The notes under the pieces are model-generated. The model saw nothing but the letters and a program-made list of their open reading frames with translations, ran no database searches and had not been told where the DNA came from. A stretch of 64,000 nt of DNA, from NCBI GenBank assembly GCA_965230295.1, contig OZ246001.1:896001-960000 (forward strand), in the 5' to 3' direction. The stretch comes from Marinicella sp. (GTDB taxonomy: Bacteria > Pseudomonadota > Gammaproteobacteria > Xanthomonadales > Marinicellaceae). Positions 56,516 to 64,000 of this stretch are shown piece by piece (the first letter of the stretch is position 1; every line of letters begins with the position of its first letter). Position numbers and translations under genes: made by a program.

Positions 56516-57360
56516 GAACATGACATTCTGGCTCCGTCGGTGCGACGTTTTTGGTATTGCACAATGCGCCGATTGTGTTCATGCACTTGTAAGGCTGATT
56601 GCACTTTGCTGGCACCAACGGCATAGACATTGGCCTTAAGTTTGGTGCGCCATTTTTTTACAACCTCGCGTGCATCAAGATGATCTGGAATGACCAGTAA
56701 AACGTTCTTTATCAATCCTTTGGCTTCAGTGATTTGTTGGGTAAATGATTGTGGAGACTGCAATATAGCAAGGCCATCCAAGGCGATCACACTGTCAAAG
56801 TATCGATCCATATGGGGGTTGTTGGAGCTGTCAACAATTTGCCAAAAACCGGTATCACCACCCATGGCATTGTTCAGTAAAAACAGGTCATCTAATTTTG
56901 AATACAAAGATTCACCTTCGATTACTGACTTCCAGTAGTCAACCCCTCCATCGAGAATTTTGACGTTGTTAAATCCGCGTTTCAGCAGTTTCTTGTGCAG
57001 GTCTTCCAGATGTCGATAAGACTGGCCTTGCCCAACCAGCACCACTTCTCGTTCTTTGAAAAATGGTATGGTCAATAATTTCGAATGGGGTAAATTGAAT
57101 GATTGATCGATATGATTGTGTTGATAGGCATCTACATTGCGAATATCGACCACCATCAATTGAGGTTTATTTTGACTGATTTTGTGCTGTAGCAGATACG
57201 GAGAAATGTATTTCTCAGGATCACGATGCCACTCAATCTTTTGCTCTGGTTGCACCAAATCAATGGATTTGAAATCACACTGCAAAATGGCTTGTTCAGC
57301 CAATACGGGTAGAGCCACAATTAAAATTGCAGCTGCAAAAAAGGTATTACGCGCCCTCAT
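56512..57360 (-). CDS. Exported rhodanese-like domain protein (catalytic Cys absent)
   Basis: Signal peptide from ATG 57360; VVDIRNVDAYQHNHIDQSFNLP, LLKRGFNNVKILDGGVDYW; active-site loop reads VVLVGQGQS. Confidence 0.8.
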   Translation of the reverse strand: MRARNTFFAAAILIVALPVLAEQAILQCDFKSIDLVQPEQKIEWHRDPEKYISPYLLQHKISQNKPQLMVVDIRNVDAYQHNHIDQSFNLPHSKLLTIPFFKEREVVLVGQGQSYRHLEDLHKKLLKRGFNNVKILDGGVDYWKSVIEGESLYSKLDDLFLLNNAMGGDTGFWQIVDSSNNPHMDRYFDSVIALDGLAILQSPQSFTQQITEAKGLIKNVLLVIPDHLDAREVVKKWRTKLKANVYAVGASKVQSALQVHEHNRRIVQYQKRRTDGARMSCS

Positions 57361-58043
57361 AGCAGCTGAAATAATAGATCGGTATTGGGATCGGTATCGG
57401 GTGTGCAAATGATTTTCAAATGCACCAGTGCTGCGATGGGTTGATTGATTTCTCGGATAATCATCAAACTGTCCTCTGTCTTCTAGATTGCAAAATGTCC
57501 TTTTTTGGTTTAGGTTTTGTTACAAGTCATGTGTTTGGTATGACTCGTTCTTACCACCACCTAATTGGGTGCAAAATTTACTGCACTTCTGAAAACATTG
57601 CAAGAAAAAAATTCAAATCAAATTGATTTTTTTAGCCAATCAAGTACATAGCAGGCTTCTGTTAAAGGATGTTGGCAACAGTATGATACACAAATTCTGT
57701 TCACAATTGCTTGGCTTGCAACAAGCACAAGAGGAATCCGAATCCATCGATAATAAACCGGTCATTATCACCATTTCTACAACAATCTGCACCTCGTTCA
57801 GAGTGTTTATTTGCACTTCGCTTTTAAGCCAGTTGTTCAATCGATGCCTGTTAAAATCTAGAGGATCAGCCCTATTTCAAGCTCTAGACGTTATTTAGGT
57901 GGTCAGGTGCAGCCTGCCCAAAGCTTTGAACATAAACTTCAATTGAGTAGCGGTCACCCACATTAAGTTGTCATTTTCACAAGATTACCACCTCGGTAAG
58001 TGGTAATATATTAAATAAAAGGACAGGAAAAGAAATCAAACAT

Positions 58044-59015
58044 ATGTCATCCAACATACCAGAACACCCTTCAACTGCCAACAGGCAAATTAAAACCGAT
58101 CAAAGTGATGCGCAAGCCATTGAAGCAGTCATCGATGCAGTTGGGCAAAAAATCCTTGATAAACAAGAATCAATCAAAACAGTCATTGCAGCACTGATTG
58201 CTGGTGGACACGTGTTACTAGAAGATCTACCAGGGCTGGGGAAAACAACCTTAGCAACAGCCATATCACAAGTTTTTGATATGGACTTTAAAAGGATTCA
58301 GTTGACTTCTGACATGATGCCCAGCGATGTCTTAGGTGTCAGTATTTACGATGCCACCACCCAAACATTCAGTTATCACAAAGGACCCATTTTTACTCAA
58401 TTCTTATTGGCAGATGAGCTCAACCGAGCCACGCCCAAAACCCAAAGCGCTTTGTTAGAAGCCATGGCAGAAAATCAGGTCAGTATTGATGGAAGAACTT
58501 ATGCTTTGGATGAAGTGTTTTTTGTCATGGCCACCCAAAACCCCATAGATGAAGCAGGCACCTATGCATTGCCTCAATCACAACTGGATCGATTTTTAGT
58601 CAGTTTGTCATTGGGTTATCCTGAACAACAAAGTGAGCGGGAGCTTTATGGGGCCGCTTACCTGAACGCGTTTAAACAACCTATTGAAGCCTTGAGTTCG
58701 CCTGACCAACTGCTTAAATGGCAACATGATGCCAGGCAAGTTCATGCCAGCGAAGAAGTGTTGGATTACTTACAACTGCTGATTCACAAAACCCGAATTC
58801 ATGGCGAAATACACCATGGGTTATCGCCCAGAGCTGGATTGTCCATGTTCAGGTTGGCACAAAGTTTCGCCTACATGGCCAACCGGGATTTCATCACACC
58901 AGCAGACATTCAACAAGCTTTCTATCCTGTATGTCGGCACCGTCTGATGATGCTTGATGGACGACATGCCCGCGAATTGATCCACACCATTCTTGATGAT
59001 ACCGCAGTTATTTAA
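58044..59015 (+). CDS. MoxR family AAA+ ATPase
   Basis: GGHVLLEDLPGLGKTT, RIQLTSDMMPSD, LADELNRATPKTQSALLEAM, ATQNP, QLDRF. Confidence 0.95.
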   Translation: MSSNIPEHPSTANRQIKTDQSDAQAIEAVIDAVGQKILDKQESIKTVIAALIAGGHVLLEDLPGLGKTTLATAISQVFDMDFKRIQLTSDMMPSDVLGVSIYDATTQTFSYHKGPIFTQFLLADELNRATPKTQSALLEAMAENQVSIDGRTYALDEVFFVMATQNPIDEAGTYALPQSQLDRFLVSLSLGYPEQQSERELYGAAYLNAFKQPIEALSSPDQLLKWQHDARQVHASEEVLDYLQLLIHKTRIHGEIHHGLSPRAGLSMFRLAQSFAYMANRDFITPADIQQAFYPVCRHRLMMLDGRHARELIHTILDDTAVI

Positions 59016-59943
59016 AGACAAACTGAATAACTTCTTCAACCGCCGTGGCAAAGAGAAACTGCCGGTTATTTTTGATTGGCGCAGAATATATGTGCTGCCC
59101 AGCAAACCAGGACTGTTCTTTTCTGTCATTTGGTTTTTGATGATGTTGGCGGGTCTCAATTTCAACAACAACATGAGTTTGATGTTGGTGTTTTTATTGT
59201 TCGGTTTGGCCCAAGTAGCCCTGTATAAATCATTTTTCAACTTACGCAATTTACGTCTGGAACAAGTCAAAGCAGAACCCGTGTTTTTGGGTGAAGACAT
59301 CACTTTGCACTTACAAATGGGTGCAGACCACGAGAAATGGCAAATCAGAACCGAGAATCACCTGAGCACCGATGTCAACAACATCTCCCAAGAAAGCGCC
59401 GAACTTAAATTGCTGGTCAAAAGTACCACCAGAGGATGGCAAGCGGTAGAAAGGATCAAACTCATGACGCGTTTCCCATTGGGTCTATTCACTGTATGGG
59501 TTTACTGCACACCCAATGAATCGGTTCTGGTTTATCCCAAGCCTGAAGAACCTTGTCCTGATTTCCCCAGCCATGGTGGCCAGGATGGCGAACAAACCAC
59601 GTTGATCAAAGGTGAAGAACTCAGTGGCATCAGGCACTATCAGCAAGGTGACCCCATCAGGGACATTGCTTGGAAAAAATCGGCACAAAGTGACCAAACC
59701 TGGGTCAAGGAATTTAACCAGACTCAAGGCAAGTACCTTCGTTTTGACTTTTCCCAACTGTCAATGAGCCACTTGGAAGCCAAACTCTCTCGCATGACTG
59801 CCTGGGTGTTGGCGGCTGAACAACAACAAGCTGAATACCAAGTTATGTTGCCGGGGTTTGATTCTGGCATGTCCATAGGAGAAAGACATCTGCACCATTG
59901 TTTAAAAGCATTGGCATTGTACCAATCAGGAGGTGAAGCATAG
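58996..59943 (+). CDS. DUF58 family protein
   Basis: RIYVLP..G, NFNNN, FPLGLF, VYPKP, IRHYQQGDPIRDIAWK. Confidence 0.92.
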   Translation: MIPQLFKDKLNNFFNRRGKEKLPVIFDWRRIYVLPSKPGLFFSVIWFLMMLAGLNFNNNMSLMLVFLLFGLAQVALYKSFFNLRNLRLEQVKAEPVFLGEDITLHLQMGADHEKWQIRTENHLSTDVNNISQESAELKLLVKSTTRGWQAVERIKLMTRFPLGLFTVWVYCTPNESVLVYPKPEEPCPDFPSHGGQDGEQTTLIKGEELSGIRHYQQGDPIRDIAWKKSAQSDQTWVKEFNQTQGKYLRFDFSQLSMSHLEAKLSRMTAWVLAAEQQQAEYQVMLPGFDSGMSIGERHLHHCLKALALYQSGGEA

Positions 59944-59960
59944 CTCGAATTCGCTCCCAA

Positions 59961-61919
59961 TTGAGCCTGAAACAATTGTTCTGGATTGTTTTTGCCGTGA
60001 TGCTGGCGGTGTTACCACAGCTGTATAGATTGCCACTGTGGTTTTTGCCCATGACCATCATTGTGGTCAGCTATCGCTTTTATGCCCAGATTTACCAAGT
60101 AAGAAAAGCCTACAACATCATCCTCATATTGATTGCATTGGTTGCCTTGATGATGATTGTTTACAGTCAAGGTTTTGGCTTGTCCAGAGAAATCAGCGTA
60201 ACCATTTTGATCACCATGTCGGTGCTGAAATTATTGGAAACGTATTCGATGCGAGATGCATTATTGGTGGTCATGCTTTGTTATTTTGTCACCATGACCC
60301 GGTTTTTATATTCACAGGATTTATTACTGATATTTTATTTATTGGGGTCTGCTTACATCACCACGCATGCTTTATCGGTATTGAATTACCAACAGTCTGA
60401 TCGCTGGTTTGATCGCAAGCAATTGAAATCAACGGCCTCTTCCCTGTCTTTAGCCATTCCTTTTGCCATACTTTTTTTTCTGGTGTTTCCACGATTGGGT
60501 TCACCCATTTGGGGTTCACCAGATATATTTGGCGAGGGTAAAACAGGCGTCAGTGACACCATGAGCCCCGGTTCCATCATTGAACTGTTCATGGATGACT
60601 CACCTGCTTTCAGGGTCACTTTCGAAGACCAAGTAACGCCTCCAAACAACAGACTCTATTGGCGTGGCCCGGTTTTATGGAATTTTGATGGCCGCACCTG
60701 GAGCCGAAAAAAACACCGCTCATTGCGAGAAACCATTCGCCAATACCCTTCTGAACAGGCCATTGCTTATCAAGTTGAATTGGAAAGCACTGGCCAAAAC
60801 TACATGTTTGGCCTAGATTATGTGGCTGCTGCAGTTGATAAAGCTTTGTTGTTACCTGACTCGCTGTTGTATTCTCCCACCAAAATAAACCAGCTCAGGC
60901 ATTATGAACTGAAATCGGTGATGCTGGATCGCTTTTACCAGCAATTAAGTGAAGACGATAAGAATTTATTGTTAGCCTATCCGGAAGGCCAAAATCAACA
61001 AACTTTAGCCATGATGAAAACCTGGCAGCAAGAGGCCAATAACCCCATAGAAATCATCAATCGAGGCTTGCAATATTTCAACCAAAATGACTTTTTTTAT
61101 TCATACACCCCTCCACCCCTTGAAGGCGAGGTGATCGATGAATTCATCTTCAACAGCAAGCGCGGCTTCTGCGAACATTTTGCCTCAACCTATGTCATCA
61201 TGATGCGCATGGCAGGGGTACCTGCACGTGTGGTTACAGGTTACCAGGGCGGTGTGGATAATGATGGTTATTTATTGGTAAAACAATCCGATGCCCATGC
61301 TTGGACCGAAGTTTATATTGAATCAGAAGGTTCTATTGGCTATTGGCAACGGGTGGATCCAACTTCTGTAGTGGCACCTGAGAGGGTTGAACGTGGCGCT
61401 CGAAACATCATGAATGAAAAACGCCATTGGATTGATTTCGAATGGCTGAAAAACACCAAAGAATCCCTGGATAAATACCGCTATCAGTGGAACCAATGGG
61501 TGCGTGACTTCAATGTCAGCAAACAAGAAGCCTTGTTCCGCGCCATTGGCATCGAATATCGTGATGGCAAATACCTGGCCTTGATGATGATCTCAATCCT
61601 GCTGGTTACTGGCATCTTAGTCATCATTCCGTTGTGGTTTATGAAACGCAAACACTTTCATGCTTTACAAAAATTGTATTTACAGTTTGCCAAACTGGCC
61701 AAGAAAACACCTGATCTGTACGGACAGCATTTACTGGGTATTGAGCATTTCTCTCAAAAATTCATCGATCAGTACCCCCAAACCGCAGCCCAAGTGAATC
61801 ACTTTGTTGACCTTTACGTCAATGCCCGATACAGCCGCCATGATGTGAACCAAGAAAAGTTAATCACACACTTACAAAACACCTTACAAAAAATAAAATT
61901 GAAGCTAGAAAATATCTAA
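59961..61919 (+). CDS. TgpA-like transglutaminase (DUF3488 + transglutaminase core)
   Basis: Multi-TM N-terminus, LYWRGPVLWNFDGRTW, GFCEHFAS, PARVVTGYQGG, AHAWTEVY, RVDPT. Confidence 0.92.
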   Translation: MSLKQLFWIVFAVMLAVLPQLYRLPLWFLPMTIIVVSYRFYAQIYQVRKAYNIILILIALVALMMIVYSQGFGLSREISVTILITMSVLKLLETYSMRDALLVVMLCYFVTMTRFLYSQDLLLIFYLLGSAYITTHALSVLNYQQSDRWFDRKQLKSTASSLSLAIPFAILFFLVFPRLGSPIWGSPDIFGEGKTGVSDTMSPGSIIELFMDDSPAFRVTFEDQVTPPNNRLYWRGPVLWNFDGRTWSRKKHRSLRETIRQYPSEQAIAYQVELESTGQNYMFGLDYVAAAVDKALLLPDSLLYSPTKINQLRHYELKSVMLDRFYQQLSEDDKNLLLAYPEGQNQQTLAMMKTWQQEANNPIEIINRGLQYFNQNDFFYSYTPPPLEGEVIDEFIFNSKRGFCEHFASTYVIMMRMAGVPARVVTGYQGGVDNDGYLLVKQSDAHAWTEVYIESEGSIGYWQRVDPTSVVAPERVERGARNIMNEKRHWIDFEWLKNTKESLDKYRYQWNQWVRDFNVSKQEALFRAIGIEYRDGKYLALMMISILLVTGILVIIPLWFMKRKHFHALQKLYLQFAKLAKKTPDLYGQHLLGIEHFSQKFIDQYPQTAAQVNHFVDLYVNARYSRHDVNQEKLITHLQNTLQKIKLKLENI

Positions 61920-62165
61920 ACGGTTAACACTGATTACGCATTCAATCATTAGATTCATGTGTGGACTTGAGGTAAAAAGAAACAAATATTTAATGAAATT
62001 TTCATGCTTTGGCATCCTCACTCTACTTTCATCACTTGGTTCAAAGACACAGCAAAAATTCGCCCATTTGATTCAGACATTGTTCATTTTTAAATTCCTA
62101 TAATCCGCCTCATCCCAACTTCAGCGTTGCGGAATAAAAACAACAACTAATCAGGAGAATTTAAA

Positions 62166-62711
62166 ATGAGAAAACTACTGTTAACCAGTTTATTGGGCAC
62201 CAACTTATACGCTCAAGCCAATGATGACATCAATTACAACTTTTTTGAAATAGGCTACGGCTACACTGATTTTGACAACAGTGCTCATGCCGATGGCTTT
62301 TATCTGGATGGTGCTTTTGAGCTGTCAGATCGCTTTTACATAGGTGCCTTTACTGACAACAGAGACCTCAGGAATTTTGACTTCAATCGATATGGATTGT
62401 CATTGGGCTTCCATACCAATGGCTCTGGAAAAACTGACTTTTATACAGAATTTAAGGCCGGCAGGTTTGAGATAAATAATTTAAACAACAACACATTGGG
62501 TTTGTATGCGGGAACCAGAACAGCATTCAACCAACGGTTTGAACTGATTTCTAAATTCGGCTACACCCATGTCGATGACTTGAATGATAATTTCTGGGAG
62601 GCTGAATTGAAAGGCTTGTTTAAATTCAATGATCAACATGCCATGACTTTGGGGTTGGATAGCTTTGATGGCGAACCTGGTGCTAAAGTGGGTTACCGTT
62701 TTAGTTTTTAA
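62166..62711 (+). CDS. Outer membrane beta-barrel / porin-like protein
   Basis: Signal peptide; NYNFFEIGY..., terminal VGYRFSF (BAM-type aromatic C-terminus); CAGGAG RBS. Confidence 0.8.
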   Translation: MRKLLLTSLLGTNLYAQANDDINYNFFEIGYGYTDFDNSAHADGFYLDGAFELSDRFYIGAFTDNRDLRNFDFNRYGLSLGFHTNGSGKTDFYTEFKAGRFEINNLNNNTLGLYAGTRTAFNQRFELISKFGYTHVDDLNDNFWEAELKGLFKFNDQHAMTLGLDSFDGEPGAKVGYRFSF

Positions 62712-62725
62712 TCGCTTTATTGATG

Positions 62726-62751
62726 CAGCCGCTCAGGTAAGTGAGCGGCTG
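62726..62751. terminator. Hairpin between convergent genes (probable terminator)
   Basis: CAGCCGCTCA-GGTAAG-TGAGCGGCTG, a perfect 10-bp stem. Confidence 0.65.
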
Positions 62752-62756
62752 TTCAA

Positions 62757-63707
62757 TTATTTTAACTTGATGTTACTCAGTCGTGTTTTATCCACCACAA
62801 GTTGTAACACATCCGGCCTTGAATAATGACCCACAGGATCAAAATTCTGTCGTTCCTCAAACACCTTGCTGTGATCAATGGTTGCCGCATACAATCCTTC
62901 CTCACCCACTTGAGGTTCAATCACAAAAGACCCATCTGGCGCACACAAACATGAGCCGCCGTCAGACAAGAATTTTTCCGGGCTGTTTTTCATCAACACA
63001 TCATGATAAGGGCTGGAGTCTGGGAAATCTTGAGGTCGCATCAAACCACTGACTGAAATCACAAATGAACGGCCTTCTTTGGCCATCATGGGAGTGATGT
63101 CATGGGTGTTGCGAATACTGCCAGGCCAGTTGGCCACATGTAAATCTTCACCTTGAGCATACAAAGCGGTGCGAGCCAGAGGCATCCAGTTTTCCCAACA
63201 GTTCAATCCTCCCACTGTAAAAGCACCCAATGAATGGGTTTGCAGACCATGGCCATCTCCGGGTGACCAAGTCAATCGCTCTTCATAAGTGGGTTGCAAT
63301 TTACGGTGTACAGATTTGATGACACCCTGTTCATTGATATAGACGATCGAACAATACAAGCTGTGTCCCCCACGATCCAAAGGTCTTTCGATGATGCCTA
63401 AATAACATGCCATCTGATGTTGTTTCAGCACCGCACAAATGTCATCCAGGTCACCCCGTTCAATTTGCACGGCTTGCTCACAATAATGGGCATGAAATTC
63501 TTTTTGATCCTGGGCATTGAATCTTGCCCCATGGGTCAGTTCCACCCAAAAAGGATAACCCGGCAACAAGCCTTCTCCCAAGGCCACCAACTGACAGTCT
63601 TGTCCACCGGCCTGGTGCAAATAATCAATGATTTTCTCTGTGGTTCTGATGCGGTCTAACCAAATTGGCGCGATTTGGATCAAACCAACTTTTAAAGTGT
63701 TGTTCAT
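62757..63707 (-). CDS. Nitrilase (carbon-nitrogen hydrolase family)
   Basis: Glu-Lys-Cys triad: ALGEGLLPGYP, HRKLQPTYEER, LNCWEN; DPVGHYSRPD. Confidence 0.93.
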   Translation of the reverse strand: MNNTLKVGLIQIAPIWLDRIRTTEKIIDYLHQAGGQDCQLVALGEGLLPGYPFWVELTHGARFNAQDQKEFHAHYCEQAVQIERGDLDDICAVLKQHQMACYLGIIERPLDRGGHSLYCSIVYINEQGVIKSVHRKLQPTYEERLTWSPGDGHGLQTHSLGAFTVGGLNCWENWMPLARTALYAQGEDLHVANWPGSIRNTHDITPMMAKEGRSFVISVSGLMRPQDFPDSSPYHDVLMKNSPEKFLSDGGSCLCAPDGSFVIEPQVGEEGLYAATIDHSKVFEERQNFDPVGHYSRPDVLQLVVDKTRLSNIKLK

Positions 63708-63831
63708 AAGTAATCCAGATGTGATTAAAACAGTGGTGACCACTAGCGTGGCAATTCGGTTTATTTTATACCAGTCACATCAACAGTTCTGCTATCATCA
63801 TGAATTATTCAATCATCTGAGCAAATAACCT

Positions 63832-64000
63832 ATGAAATACATCCACAACACCATGGCCATTCTTCTGCTGTTAATCAACTCTCAAATAACTGCAGAAACC
63901 CAGGTTATTTATGCAGGTGAACTGCTGGCGATCCCGGGGGAAGCACCACTCAAAGAACAAACCATCACCATCACCGATGGTGTGATCACAGATGTGAGTG
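63832..64000 (+). CDS. Probable exported amidohydrolase-family protein, N-terminal fragment
   Basis: Translated by hand: MKYIHNTMAILLLLINSQITAETQVIYAGELLAIPGEAPLKEQTITITDGVITDV, typical of the N-terminal beta-sandwich of metal-dependent amidohydrolases; runs off the window. Confidence 0.6.
   Translation, partial: MKYIHNTMAILLLLINSQITAETQVIYAGELLAIPGEAPLKEQTITITDGVITDVS

Noticed and set aside
57420-57898. Short ORFs (57420..57626, 57623..57898, 57640..57840) or a riboswitch in the intergenic region
   Set aside because: No RBS, recognisable motif or riboswitch consensus that I could support; treated as regulatory DNA.
30680-58043. Giant operon as a mobile genomic island
   Set aside because: No integrase, tRNA or flanking direct repeats were seen; horizontal origin cannot be supported from this window alone.

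Overview
A 64-kb chromosomal segment of a moderately AT-rich bacterium, most likely a marine gammaproteobacterium. A Marinicella/Xanthomonadales-like origin is inferred from gene content and a C-terminal DxIFxxGFE motif. Positions 1-30.7 kb and 58-64 kb hold mostly ordinary genes: S8 protease, flavin oxidoreductases, an animal-type heme peroxidase, an ASPIC/UnbV protein, an ECF sigma module, rluA, ylqF, htpG, an MBOAT pair, cls, srkA, sbcB, pyk, moxR-DUF58-tgpA and a nitrilase. The standout is a 26.6-kb, five-gene minus-strand operon (57360 to 30769). It encodes an exported rhodanese-fold protein lacking the catalytic Cys and a membrane-anchored transglutaminase-like enzyme with an intact Cys-His-Asp triad. 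These are followed by three giant proteins with Sec signal peptides: a 3699-aa adhesin-like protein with a near-identical 1098-bp tandem repeat and a Cys-rich/poly-Gly tail; a 1360-aa Rhs protein with an intact autocleavage motif, a Cys-rich/poly-Gly tip and no immunity gene; and a 3164-aa Ig/Calx-beta protein ending in an Rhs cage that lacks both catalytic aspartates. This looks like a non-canonical, possibly cross-linked, extracellular Rhs/adhesin assembly system rather than a toxin-immunity locus. Also found: a back-to-back pair of identical ECF-type promoters. No rRNA, tRNA, CRISPR array or mobile element was recognised. All family assignments come from motif recognition by eye; no database searches were run.
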